Assembly: GCF_036321535.1 (NCBI RefSeq)
Contig: NC_087437.1
Coordinates: forward strand, 18,230,001 to 18,294,000
Direction of reading: 5' to 3'
From: Camelus dromedarius
Lineage: Eukaryota
DNA: 64,000 bases
Under the pieces are notes generated by a model. That model worked only from the letters and a program-made list of their open reading frames with translations, was not told the origin of the DNA and made no database searches. Shown piece after piece: positions 49,842-62,149 of the stretch. Every line of letters starts with the position of its first letter. The stretch's first letter is position 1. The position numbers were made by a program, and so were the translations under genes.

Positions 49842-50339
49842 CTTTTACAGGAGAGGGAAATAAACTTTTATATTTTATACACGAATCGATTTTTCTATTG
49901 TAAACAAAGCAAGTGCATCCTGATCTGCACGGCCTGCACTTCCCAGACTGCCCACAGGGAGCGCTGAGCCCGCCTCTATGATCCAGTCAGGAGGTCACGG
50001 GAGTTTCACCGGCTGACTCCGGAACCTCTGTGAGCTGAGCTCCGTCTCCTCCCGCGCAGCTTGGCGTGGCTTCTGGCCACCCCAGGGCTGCAATGGGCTG
50101 TCGCTGCTGGGCCTCCTTAGGACCAGCTGGGGATTCAGCTTCAGGACAAGACGAGGCTGCTTCCATGTAGAGAGGAGCCCGGTTTCCTCAAGACCCGCCC
50201 AAAAAGGTGAGGAAAAAGGGAAGAGAATATGAGGAAAAATGGGGGGACTGCCTATGTGTAATTGACTGCTGGGGGAGGGGACGGGGGTCTGTCTTCAGAC
50301 GACCCAGGAGAGGAAGGGCTTGATACGGAAAACTGGATT

Positions 50340-51062
50340 TTAGTCCGTTTTGTGTGCGATGTAGATGGTGTCCAAGGTCATTCTTTGGTGTGTGGTATCC
50401 AGTTTTCCCAGCACTATTTCGTGAGGGGTCTGTCCTTTCCCCACTGTATGTTCTTGGCCCTTTTGTGCTAAATTAATTCACCACATCCGTGTGGGTTTAT
50501 TTCTGGGCTCTCTGGTCTGTTCCTCTGGTCGCTGTGTCTGTTTTTGTGCCAGGACCACACATTGTTTTGGTGACTTCATAATACAGTTTGAAGTTGGGGA
50601 GCAAGACGCCTCCAGCCTGCTCTCCTCTCTGAGGATCGCTTTGGCTATTCCGGGTCCTTTGCGGTTCCACACAAATATTAGGATCCTTTTCTCTAATTCT
50701 GCGAAAGATGCCATTGGAATTTTGGTAGGGGTTGCTTTCAGTGCATACATTGCTTTGGGTAGAATGGACATTTTAACAACATTCATTCTTCCAATCCATG
50801 AGAATGTGGTATCTTTGCATTCATTTGTATCTTCTTCAATTTCTTCACCAATGTCTTAAAGTTGTCAGCGTGCAGGTCTTTCACATCCTTGGTTAAATTT
50901 ATTCCTAGGTGTCTTGTTCTTTTTGATGCAATTGTAAATAGGATTGTTTTCTCTCTCTTTCTGATGGTTCATTATTAGTGGTTAGAAATGCAACTGATTT
51001 TTGTGTATTGATTTTGTAACTTTACTGAATTCATTTATTAGTTCAAATAGTTTTTTGGTGGA
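50340..51062 (-). mobile_element. L1 ORF2 fragment directly downstream of the A4GNT stop
   Basis: NVVKMSILPKAMYALKATPTKIPMASFAELEKRILIFVWNRKGPGIAKAIL is L1 ORF2 (post-RT region). Confidence 0.9.
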
Positions 51063-51158
51063 ATGATGTGGAAAATTGTAACTGTCTAACTGTCATGTGG
51101 GTGCGCTTCCAGGAAGTGGCCGGTTCCGCAATGTAGCAGCAGTAACCCAGCATTGGCT

Positions 51159-51773
51159 CTATTTGTTACCTGGCCCCTGCTCCCCAGTCACCAACCCCTC
51201 TGGACCTTGAATCAGGTCCCTGTAAGTCCTGGGACAGTGCTTACGGTAAAGATTTTCCACCAGCGTGTTGCTTCCTCTAACCACAACCCTTCCTTCCTTG
51301 TTCATGTAGTTCCACAGATGCAGGGCATAGGAGTTGTTGAAACTCGGCTCTGTGTCCCAGACTTCATAGTAGCGCCTCCATGCTCGAAAAGAGATGGGAT
51401 AAAATCTCTGGGGGTGTAGGAAGGACAAGTTCAAGCACTTGAGGTCACTCACCTCCTGGAAGTCTCTGAGTTTGCACCACACTCTCAAAATCCTCGTCAT
51501 CAAATTGGGACCCTGGTGGCCCCAGATACCTGGATTGTAATTTTCCACAAAGTTTTCCATGCACTCCCACAGGAAAGGGTGGTGGGGGAGGAATCCAAAC
51601 ACCCCGTTACTAGAGAACTGAGAATCCTGTGCAGCCAGAAAGTTTTCCTCAGGGATGGGCCTGATGGAGATGACATCAGTGTCCATATAGACACCACCAT
51701 ACTTCCAGATGATGGCCAGGCGGGATGCATCGGAGCTGACATGGAGCCAGTTTCTCTCTTTATTGCTGTTGAT
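51159..51773 (-). CDS. A4GNT: A4GNT last coding exon (aa 138-341, catalytic DXD region)
   Basis: ctgcttctacag|ATCAACAGC; INSNKERNWLHVSSDASRLAIIWKYGGVYMDTDVISIRP...GPGNK TAG. Confidence 0.97.
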   Translation of the reverse strand: MNSNKERNWLHVSSDASRLAIIWKYGGVYMDTDVISIRPIPEENFLAAQDSQFSSNGVFGFLPHHPFLWECMENFVENYNPGIWGHQGPNLMTRILRVWCKLRDFQEVSDLKCLNLSFLHPQRFYPISFRAWRRYYEVWDTEPSFNNSYALHLWNYMNKEGRVVVRGSNTLVENLYRKHCPRTYRDLIQGPEGLVTGEQGPGNK

Positions 51774-54700
51774 CTGTAGAAGCAGGTGCAAATCAGCCCT
51801 CAAGCAGGGGAAGAGGGAGGGGGATCACAGCAGGAAGCCAGACCCAGGGTAGCTGGGGAGGAGGAAGCAAGACAACTTCCCAAAAATCTCTTTGCCAAAA
51901 GCCCAGTTTTCCAAATTTACCAAACTTACCTCCACTCAAAAACATTGCCTTTAAGTAAAAAGTTTACAGGAGGGCAGGGCATAGCTCAGTGGTAGAATGC
52001 ATGCCTAGCATGCACAAGGTCCTGGGTTCAATCCCCCATACCTCCATTAAAAAAAAGAAAAAGGTTAATTACCTTCCCCCCAACAAAATTTTAAAAAATA
52101 AATAAAATAAAAAATAAATAGAAATAAAATTTTTTAAAGTAAACAATTTACATCAGTCAGTATCAGTGGGAAGTTTTAGCCGCTTTTAAAGATTTCATGA
52201 AATTGTTTTTAAAATAAAGAAGTGCAATGGAAAGATAAAGAAGAAACCCAGAAGGGATTTCACTATGAATGGTATGAGTCACTTTCTATAGGGTGAAAAT
52301 TAACCACAAATATGAAACAGTGAGGAAAGAATTTTTTTAACTCCTAAAAATGCTGAGAACTGATAAAGAAGAAAATAAACTAGGGAACTGGAACTGTAGG
52401 ACAGATTAATATGTGTGCTGTTTGAGAAATTGGTAAAAGAATCTTAAAATGCATGTATGTGTGCCTGCCTTTGTCCATTAATCAATTCCTTTAATAATAT
52501 TCAATGAGGGCCTACTTACTATTGACCAAGGTCAATTACAGCTGCTAAAGATACAGGAGTGAACAAACAGACAAAAATCCCTACTGATGGGAGATAGATA
52601 ATAAAGAAATAAATATATAATGTTAGGTGTTCATCAGGACTAGGAAAGAAAAAAGCCAGGCAACAGGGAAGGGAGCAGGATGGAGCACTATTTTATCTTG
52701 AGTTCTAGCAGAACCTTGAATGAAGTGGGTGGGGAAACCATGCCATTATCAGTGAGAAGAGGATTCTAGTTAGAGGGAATAGCATGTGCAAGGGCCCTGG
52801 GGCAGGGGTGCACTTTCTGTGTGTGGAAACAGGGAAGTGGCAATGCACAGTAGTGAAAGGAGAGGGGAGGAAATGAAATCAGAGAGAAGTGGGGAGCAAG
52901 AGTGAGGGAGCAAGGCTAGGGTAAAGACTGAAATGATTTGGAAGGTTTTGAAGAAAAGAATGATGTGATCTGAATTAGATATGGAAAGGGTTACACTGGT
53001 TGCGGTATGGAAAATAGGTGGAGTGGAAGGTGGCAAGGGAAAAAACAAAGAGCCAAGTTAGGAGGCTGTTGGGATAATCCAGGCAGGAGATGATAGTGGC
53101 CTGGACCAGGGTGACAATAGAGGAGGTGACGGAAGTGATCAGATTCTGGGCACCTGGTAAAGATAAAGCTGATCAGGATTTACTGATGGATTGGATGTGG
53201 AGTGGGAAACAGGAGTCAAGGATGACCAAAAATGCTAACGTGAGCAAAAGAGAAAATGACTTTTAAAAGAATAAAAATAAATCATAAATGCCAGTGTTTC
53301 TAAATGGGATGCTTAACTTTTGAACACAGGAAACAAAATAGATTTTTTGAATTTAAATGTGTTGGTTAAAAGAACAATGACCCTAGGCTTTTGACAAAAT
53401 AAACATTTTTTAAAATTCTGCTCTAAAGCCAAGTGAAAGCAAGTCAGCTAAGACTTTGCAGAAATTTTCACAGGAGTTATTAACATCACCATATTGTATA
53501 CAACTGCTAAAAACTTCATAAATAATAATAGCTGAAATTTATCAGTAGCAGTTCTAAACTCTTTATAAAATCTACACAGTTCCTCAAGTAAAGATAGGTA
53601 CCATGATGTTCAGTCATTTGTCCAAAGTTAGAGAGGTAGATGTTGGTTTCTAACCCAGGCAGTCTGACTCCAGAGATCCACTCATTCAAAAGAAACAAGG
53701 TTTTGGGGGGAGGGTATAGCTCAGTGGTAGAGTGCGTGCTTATCATGCACAAGGTCCTGGGTGTAATTCCCAGTCCTGCCACTAAAAAACAGAAAAGAAA
53801 AGAAACAAGGTTTTGGTAAAAATAAGTAAAGTTGATTATTTGGTAAATTGGTGATTATGAGTGAACAGACCCAGATATCAAAAGCTGCACAGAACCAGAG
53901 GAGGAGAGAGTCTGCCTTGATGTGGGCATTGGACTAACATCAGCCTGAAACACAAGGGCTCCCTGGGAGGTGAGCATCCGAAAGGGAGATAGGATTCTGA
54001 CCTACTCACCCCTATAATACTCATCCCTGGACATCTTCAAGGGCTACAGTTGCCCAAATCAGCAAATCTAGTGGTCACCAGCAGGTGATGGCACGCTGGG
54101 TCATCCCTGACAGCTGGCTTCCAGCTATCCTAGTGGCCTAACTGGGGCAGAACGTGCCACAGCCCACCTCCCCAAGGTTACAAGTGTTTCTGCCACCCAA
54201 GACAACCCACCTAGTCCCCAGGCTGAATGAGGGCCGGACAAGAATTTTCTCTCTTTTTATATAAATACTGTAGTAGGCTACGAACAGCCACTCAGTGGTC
54301 CTAATTCCTGAAACCTGTAAATTTTACCTCCTATAGGAAAAGGGTCTTGAAGAGTTGATATAATTAAGGATCTTGAGAGGAGGATCCTGAGGGTTATCAT
54401 GGGCCCTAAATGCCACCACAAGTGTCCTTTAAAAAGAAAAGTAGAGGGAGATTTCACACAAAATTCCTAAGAGACCCAGGACTTTCTCAATCAAATCTCA
54501 ACATAACCCAGTCTCATATAGCAGCATTCCACCTGATCTTTCATGAATTTTCTATTTACATCATTTTCAAGTTAAATATTGCCTGATTTCCCCCCTCAGA
54601 TACAAAAAGTATTTACCATAGATGTTCTTAAAACTGTCAGTGAAAAATAAGTGGTCTATGCACCTAGAAAAGATATGGAAACTCATTCAGTTAAAAATAG

Positions 54701-55381
54701 TCTCCAAAGTAGCCTGGATCCTAAGAAAAAAGCTGGAAGAAAAAGGTACCAGGGTACAGACAAACCTAAATTAAGTCTCTCCTGTTTCCTTGAATCAGGA
54801 CTCAACATTGTAGAAAGAAGTCCAGGCAAGAGTCAAAGGATCTGGGTTCTAGGTGCATCTCTGACACTGAGTCCTTACCCTCAGTGTTCCCATCTATAAA
54901 AGGACTAGATTGGACCCATTTTCTGTGGTCCCTCCCAAGGCTGACCTGCTAAGAGTCTCTGAACACTTACTCGAGTGTACCATGAAAACAACGGTGTGTC
55001 TTCAAACAGGCTTTTCATATCCAAAGGGAAGAGGAAGACATTGTCTATCGCTGAGAGGAGGGAAAAGGCTGGGGAGGTAGAGTTGGGGAACAGCTGCGTG
55101 GAATTGTTGAGACCCTTCATAAGTAACAGCACAGGCTGCTCTGGATAAGTCTTGGCAGCAGACTCCACTGCACAGGAGACCAGCGGGGAGGGCTCCGTTC
55201 TCTCCGAGGTCTCTAGGAACACGATGCAGCGCCCGTGGCCCAGGAGGGCTCCCATCCCCTGCTGGGACTTGTAGGGCAGCAAGTGGAAGAAGAGAAAGCT
55301 GGACTTCAGGCTGAGCTGGTAGAGGAAGCCACAGGCAAGCAGCAGGATGACCGACAGGGAGAACTGGAGCCTCGTCAGCAT
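51159..55381 (-). CDS. A4GNT: A4GNT alpha-1,4-N-acetylglucosaminyltransferase (GT32, type II Golgi membrane protein), spliced CDS span, 341 aa
   Basis: Two coding exons, 411+615 nt, phase-0 intron; N-terminal signal anchor, IVFLETS motif, SDASRLAIIWKYGGVYMDTD (DXD), C-terminus GPGNK*. Confidence 0.97.
51969..52130 (+). mobile_element. tRNA-Ala-derived SINE in the A4GNT intron
   Basis: gggcatagctcagtggtagaatgcatgcctagcatgcacaaggtcctgggttcaatccc plus A-rich tail; imperfect TSD. Confidence 0.87.
52480..53250 (-). mobile_element. L2 LINE fragment
   Basis: agttaggaggctgttgggataatccaggcaggagatgatagtggcctggaccagggtg...gatggattggatgtgg...ggagtcaaggatgac. Confidence 0.75.
53705..53796 (+). mobile_element. 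tRNA-Ala-derived SINE in the A4GNT intron
   Basis: TSD aaaagaaacaaggttttgg on both sides. Confidence 0.88.
54971..55381 (-). CDS. A4GNT: A4GNT first coding exon (aa 1-137)
   Basis: ATG at 55381 (the ORF track starts 2 codons earlier at GTG); MLTRLQFSLSVILLLACGFLYQ...DTPLFSWYTR|gtaagt; acceptor ttgattttag gives exon start 55408. Confidence 0.96.
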
Positions 55382-55504
55382 GTCCACTCCTCTCTCCTGG
55401 CCTGCTCCCTAAAATCAAGACTGTCAATTAAAACGTGTATTCACAAAACCTGGTAAAGATAGCACACAAGAAGGTGATACGTGAATATCACTTCTAAGCT
55501 TAGA

Positions 55505-56365
55505 TTTTTTATTGAAGTGCAATTGATTTACAATATTAGGTTAGTTTCAGATGTATAGCCTAGTGACTCAGTATATTTTTAGGTTATACTTCATTAAAAA
55601 TTATTGCAAAATAATGGCTGTATTTCCCTGTGCTGTACAATATATCCTTGTTGCTTATCTGTTTTATGCATAGTAGTTTGTGTCTCTTAATCCCATATCC
55701 CTATCCTGCCCCTCCCTCCTTCCTTCTCCCCACTGGTAACTACTAGTTTATTTTTTATATCTGTGAGTCTATTTCTGTTTTGCTATATATATCCATTTGT
55801 TTTATTTTTTAGGTTCCACATATAAATGACATCATGCAGTATTTGTCTTTCTCCCTCTGACTTATTTCACTGAGCATAATAGCATCTAGGTCCATCCACA
55901 TTGCTGCAAATGGCAGAATTTGTTTTTTCTTTCTTTATTTTTTTTGCTAATGTCCCATTATATATATATATATATATATATATACACCACATCTTCTTTA
56001 TCTGTTCTTCTGTTGATGGATGTTTGGTTGCTTCCATATCTTGGCTATTGTAAATAGTGCTGCCATGTACATTGGGGTGCATGTATCTTTTCAAATTATT
56101 TTTCAAAATATTTTTGTTTTCTTTGGATATATACCAAGAAGTGGGATTGCTGGATCACATGGTAGTTCATTTTTAGTTTTTTGAGGCACCTTCATACTGT
56201 TTTCCATAGTGGCTGCCCCAATTTACATTCCCACCAACAGTGTTCAAGGGTTCCCTTTTCTCCACATCCTCACTAACATTTGTTATTTGTAGATTTTTTG
56301 ATCCTAACCATTCTGTCAGTTGTGAGGTGATATTGTGGTTTTGATTTGCGTTTCTCTAATAATTA
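55505..56365 (-). mobile_element. 5'-truncated L1 in A4GNT intron 1
   Basis: L1 3' end with TSD taagctt(a/t)gattttt near 55495 and 56366. Confidence 0.9.
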
Positions 56366-56809
56366 TAAGCTTTGATTTTTAAAATTCTAAATAAAATATG
56401 ATCAAATCTAGCAATGTCAAAAAGAAAAGTGCATTGATTAGGGTTTATCTGATGAATTTAAGGATGATTTACAATAGGAAAATAATTAATAGGAAAACTA
56501 TTCATGAAATGCATTATTTTAACAGATTAAAGAGGAAAAACTATATGATCATTTTGGCTCAGTAGATGCCAAGAATAGGACAAAATTTGACATCCATTCA
56601 TGATTTTTAAAAAGTGCAAGGAAACCTTGTGTCTTAAGCTGACAAACAATGTTTACCAGAACATAGAGCAATCATTGTACTTAATATGAAGCATTTGAAA
56701 CATCCTCATTAGACCAGGAATATGGTGTGGATATCCATTGTCACTGTTACTATTCAGCATCATTCTGCTGAGTCTAACCAGTGCAGTGAAACAGAAGAAA
56801 AGAGTTTCT

Positions 56810-57142
56810 ACACAAATGAACTTATTTACAAAACAGAAACAGACTCACAGACATAGAAAACAAATTTATGGTTACTGGGGAGGGAGGGGAAGGTGGTAGG
56901 AAGGGGTAAATTGGGAGTTCAAGATTTGCAAATACTAACTACTATATATAAAATAGATAAACAACAAGGTCCTACTATATACTATATATATGTAAGCACA
57001 AGGAACTATTTCAATACCTTGTAATAACCTATAATGAAAAAGTATCTGAAAAGGAATGTATGTATGCATATGTATGACTGAAACATAAAGCTGTACACCA
57101 GAAACTGACACAACATTGTAAACTGACTGTATTTCAATTAAA
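56810..57142 (+). mobile_element. L1 3'UTR insertion inside an older L1 fragment (about 56390-57270)
   Basis: TSD aaaaga(g/a)tttctac. Confidence 0.82.
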
Positions 57143-57522
57143 AAAGAATTTCTACTGTGAATATTAGAAAAGAAGTGGCAAAAATATCTCTAGAAAATAT
57201 GATTGCCTATATAGAAAATCCAAGATAATTCTCCAAAAAACAAATAGAACTGGAAAGAAAATTTAACCAAAGAAGCAAACCAAAGGTGGGAGTTAAATAA
57301 CATGCCAAAGTTACACTGTTAGCAGAGCCGTGACTTTAACTTAGGTCTACCTGCCTCCAAAGCCCAGCTCTGAGCAGTTATCTACAGTACCTCCCTCTCC
57401 TTCAATGTTAGCTCTAACTCCAGTCAACTCTAGCACAGCAGAGATCTTCATTCATCAGTGATCTGTTTTTGCATTACCCCGTAACTCTTTTAGAAAATAT
57501 AAATCCATTAATCAGAGCTTAC

Positions 57523-57600
57523 CTTCTAATACCTGCAGTCTTAGCAATGATGACAAGTCTTTTCCTGCTATACTTTCTGATAAATCACCACCTAATCTTC
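57523..57600 (-). other. A4GNT: Probable non-coding exon 1 of A4GNT (5' boundary approximate)
   Basis: Strong donor AAG|GTAAGC at 57523/57522 in the first non-repetitive block upstream of the coding exon; GATA motif (tgataa, 57578-57583) nearby. Confidence 0.6.
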
Positions 57601-59828
57601 CAACACTGAGGGAAGTAAATCATTGGCAGAAGATTAATGCTAAACCTAAGAGTTCCCAAGAAACTCCTCCCTTTACTAAGTTGCCCCAAACACAAAGACT
57701 TGGGGATCATAAGGGGTTCACATGACTTTTCAGGTGACCCACACACTAATCCTGCCTGTTCATGGGTCCATCAGAAGGGTTATAAGGCAACAGTTTCAAC
57801 TGGAGAAAACTGTATCGTAGCATAATCCTGGCACCAACAAAGTGTGTGCCTGAGCAGTTTAGACACAGTCGAAATCATGGGCAGAGACTTGGGGAAGTTT
57901 CTTCACCAGACATCCCTGTAAGTTGGTCTGAACTTTGCAAACCCAAAGTTTTGTTAAAAGAAAGGAAAATCCATTGGCACAAATGACCAATGGACAAACC
58001 CCAGTAGTCCAAGGGCCTGGAGACATGGAATGAGAATTGATTCCCTGATTTAGTTACAGTGGCCTCAGGAAGTGTCCCTTTGCCCTGAAGTCCCACTTGT
58101 GGGGCATGAGCTTCCTCCCAGTCTCAACAAGGTCACCTTCATAGCCCTCTCCTGATATGGCAATCCGCACATCTTCCTAGATATTGTCACTGTCCTGTGG
58201 TCTGCTCTCCATCACCCGTAACATGAGCACTTAGTAATCCTCTCTCAAGCCACCCTCTGCTCTGTCTTCATCTGGAGCCTTCTCTCAGCTGTGAGCAGGT
58301 ATCCGCAGTTCCCTCTGGATGCTCTGGTGTGAAAAGGGAAGGTCCCTCCTGAGCAGACTGTGAATCCTGATACAGCAGGGGAAGTAAAGCTATTTCTGCC
58401 TCCTGTGAGACACTTCTTACTTCCTGCGTTATACCATAAACCAGATTTGGTCAATCCAGTGGATTATGGAGCCTGGGTAATTGTTGCTGAGTGATGAGAC
58501 CTTAGGAAATGTGGATTGGTGTAGCCCCAAATAAGTGAACAGGATGGGGTAAAACCTCTGAATCTATTGTTCTTTCTGTTTTATGATGCTGTTCTTTGGA
58601 TGTTTGAAGCTCTTGCAAAGAAAAGGCAGTACAGGGAGGAAAATCAAGGAACCAGAGCAGAGATTTCTCCATTCTTTGGCCTGTGAATAACCTCTGATAA
58701 CTTCAATTGGAAATAGTTCAGTGTTTGTGTCTAGACTCCCTCTGCTATAAAGAACTCACTGTATCAAGAAGAAGGCGTTAAAGGAATTTTAACGATAAAT
58801 GTTTGTTGAATTTAATTACTTGTGGAAAGCCTTCCTTTTAATTCTGTAACTACTTTGAACTCCAGTTTACTGCAGGAAGGAAATATTCAGGCCAACAATG
58901 CTTGTCTTATTTTCTTTGGAGCCATTGGGACCACAGTTCCGGTTTTTAACATATTTGCTAAGCAAGTAGGACTGATAAACTTGTTAAAGCATTCAGCCAT
59001 TAGCAGGACAAAACCAATACACAGAGTGTATCAACATTGCCAGTTCCTTTTGCCACTGTTCTGAAGTTGAAACAGAGACCTGAGCGTTGAGTTTCCATGA
59101 CCAGAGAGGAGATCGCTGGACAAAGACAATTCACTGTAGACTGAGAAAGAATCCACAGCCTGACCCTCAGGAACCTGGGGGGAGAATAACTGATGCACAT
59201 TGAGAAGTGACATTGTCAACATTAAATCTTGAAAAAAAAATGTTTTCACTAAAAATAAGTGAGTTTGTGCCAGAGTAAAATCCCCTTGTCCCATGGTGCT
59301 ATTTTAAACTATTCTGCATCTCCAAGAAAATGGTGCCAACCTTGTGTTTTTGGAGGTAAAGTTTTTGCTCTCCACACAATCATACTAGTTAAACATGCTC
59401 TTATTGACAAATCTGACCTGGCTACCAAGAATGTGCTTCTGGGTTTGTTCTGGAAATTACTGTATCCACTCATGTAATCTTCCCCCTTTTTAAATTTACT
59501 TGCAGATAAAAGAAGGGATGGGGGATAAGAGCAGGGAGATAAGGGAAAATAATTGTTCTCAGTGAATCAGTTGTGCCCCACATGCCACTTTTCCAGGCTG
59601 AAGAACAGTGTCTGCAAGTCCGCAGAAGTTTGTGGAACCAGTCTGATCGTGAAGAGCTGTTTGAAGGGGCTTTGCTGTTAAGTTCCGTAAGTCAGGGTTT
59701 AGTTTCTTCTTCCTGTAAGGAATTGGGAACATCTTGGAGCCACCTATGCCAAGTGTCCACATACCTGGACCTTTATAAAGACTGAGTGACCATGAGAATG
59801 AACACTTCCCATTCTGGCTGAAAGAAAC

Positions 59829-60209
59829 TGTTATGGACTGAATGTTTGTGCCCTTCCACCCCATCCCCCCCACCACCGAAATTCATGTGTTAAAGCTCTA
59901 ACCCCTAGTGTGATAGTATTGGGAGATAGGGCCTTTCAGAAGTCGTCAGGTTTAGGTGAGATCATGAGGGTGAGATCCTTATAAGAAAAGGAAGACAGAT
60001 CTCTCTCTATGAGCACACACAAGGAATGGCCGTGGCAGGACACAGCAAGAAGACAGCTGTCTTCAAACTAGGAGCAGAGTCCTCACCAGGAACCCAGTCT
60101 GCACCTTGACCTTAGACTTCCCAGCCTCCAGAACTGTGAGAAGTAAGTATCTGTTGATTAAGCCGCCAGTCTGCAGTATTTTGTGTAGCAGCCCAAGCTG
60201 GCTGTGACA
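59829..60209 (+). mobile_element. MLT1A/B-like MaLR LTR
   Basis: tgttatggactgaatgtttgtg...agcctccagaactgtgagaa...gcagcccaagctggctgtgaca. Confidence 0.85.
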
Positions 60210-60549
60210 GAAACCCCACAGTGGGCTGCTTCTCTCTGATCTCTTTCCATCTGTTTTCATGAGAATCTTTTTTTGTACCATGGGTGAGGATGGAGCTGCT
60301 CTTCAGATTTGGAGAACTGAGACCAGGCCTCCAGTGGGGAAATGGCAACTTTGTCTGCAACAGAAACCCTTAATAGGCAGAACTGTCTTCCTCACCTCTG
60401 CATTCTCTTCCTTTTGTCCTTCCACACAACCCACAGTCTGTCTTCTTGTTACACCGCTTCTCTTTAAATGGAGATCCCTGGTCTTCCTTATCTCAGTGCC
60501 TGACAATCACTGTGCACTCAGTACCCAAGTCAGAAATCAGGGAGTCTTT

Positions 60550-61490
60550 CTTTTTTTTTAAATTGAAGTATATAATTGATTTACAATATTACATTAGTTT
60601 CAGGTATACAGCATCGTGATTCAATATTTTTATAGATTATATTCCATTTAAAGTTATCGCAAAATAATACCTACATTTCCCTGTGCTGTACAATACAATC
60701 TTGTTGCTCACCTATTTTGTACAAAGTAGTTTGTATCGTATAATCCCATTCCCCTCTCTTGCCCCTCCCCCTTCCCTCTCCCTTACTGGTAACCACTAGT
60801 TTGCTCTCTATATCTGTGAGTCTGTTTCTATTTTGTTATATACATTCATTTGTTTTATTTTTAGATTCCATATATAAATGATATTCTGCGCTATTTGTCT
60901 TTGTCTGACTTATTTCACTAAACATAATAGCCTCTAGGTCCATCCATGTTGCTGCAAGTGGCAGAATTTCATTCTTTTTATGGCTGAGTAATATTTCATA
61001 CATATATGTACATTGGTCTATTAATGGACACTTGGGTTATTCCATATCTTGGCTATTGGAAATAATGCTTCTATGAACACTGGGGTACGTGTCTTTGTTT
61101 GTTTTTTCCAGATATGTATACCCAGGAGTGAAATTGCTGGATCATATGCTAGTTCTATTTTTAGTTTTTTTAGGAACCTCTGTACTGTTTTGCATAGTGG
61201 CTGCCCTAATTTACATTCCCACCAGCAGTGCATGAGAATTCCCTTTTCTCCACAGCCTTGCCAATATTTGTTATTTGTAGACTTTTTGATGTTAGCCATT
61301 CTGTCAGGTGTGAGGTGATATTTCATTGTGGTTTTGATTTGAATGTCTGTAATAATTAGTGATTTCTTAGCATCTTTTCATGTACCTGTTAGCAATCTGT
61401 ATGTCATATTTGGGAAGATGTCTGTTCAAGTCTTCTGCCCATTTTTTAATTGAGTTGTTTGTTTTTATGATATTGAGTTATGTGAGTGCT
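60550..61490 (-). mobile_element. L1 3' end (ORF2 C-terminus and 3'UTR)
   Basis: [40 protein letters not shown] is the ORF2 Cys-rich domain. Confidence 0.92.
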
Positions 61491-62149
61491 TAGAAGTCAC
61501 CCTGGGTCTAAGTTGCCTCTGTGTCCCATGACTGAACTCTCTCCCCAGTGGTGGCAGTCTTTGGGTCAGTGCAGAGCTGCAGTGTGAAGGAAGCAGGACT
61601 GGAGCAGTTGCTCAGCTCAGGCTAGGGTGCACACTGGGACAGTGGTGGGAAACCGGGCAGCTGCTCTCTGCCCTGCTTGGGAGTAAGCCATTGAGTTCAC
61701 GCGCTCCTCATGAGTGGAGTCTAGGCTTCAGGGAGTCATTATTAGCTCTTCTTTCTCCTTAATCTTCATGTACAAGCTATGTTAGTTCAGGTCCTTCAAG
61801 AAGCAGACCCCAAGATGATACTGTGTAAGGATGTTGTTAAGATAAATGCCAGTGTGAGAGAACATAGGAAGGGGCTGTGAAAGGCTGTCAAATCTGTCAA
61901 ATCTCAGGGCAAGTCTGAGAGAAGCTAGGGTGGAAGTGTCCTAAGCTGCCTTGCCCAAGGCTGTCCTTGTCCAGGGAAGATTCAGCAAAATCATTAGAAA
62001 GTCCTCAAACCAAAGTCAGCCACTAGAGGAGTCCTGTGTCCCCCAGGAATGGGTCCACCTCAGTATTCTTCCTACACACTATCACTGCTGGGAGAAGCCT
62101 GTGGGAGGAGTGGCCTCAGCACAACTCAGTGATATATTATTTCATGTCG

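Larger units (their letters stand above)
48885..49925 (+). mobile_element. Old MLT1-like LTR split by the solo ERV LTR
   Basis: The halves rejoin as ...ccctcaaactactttt|acaggagagggaaataaactttta, like the MLT1 at 33350-33400. Confidence 0.55.
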
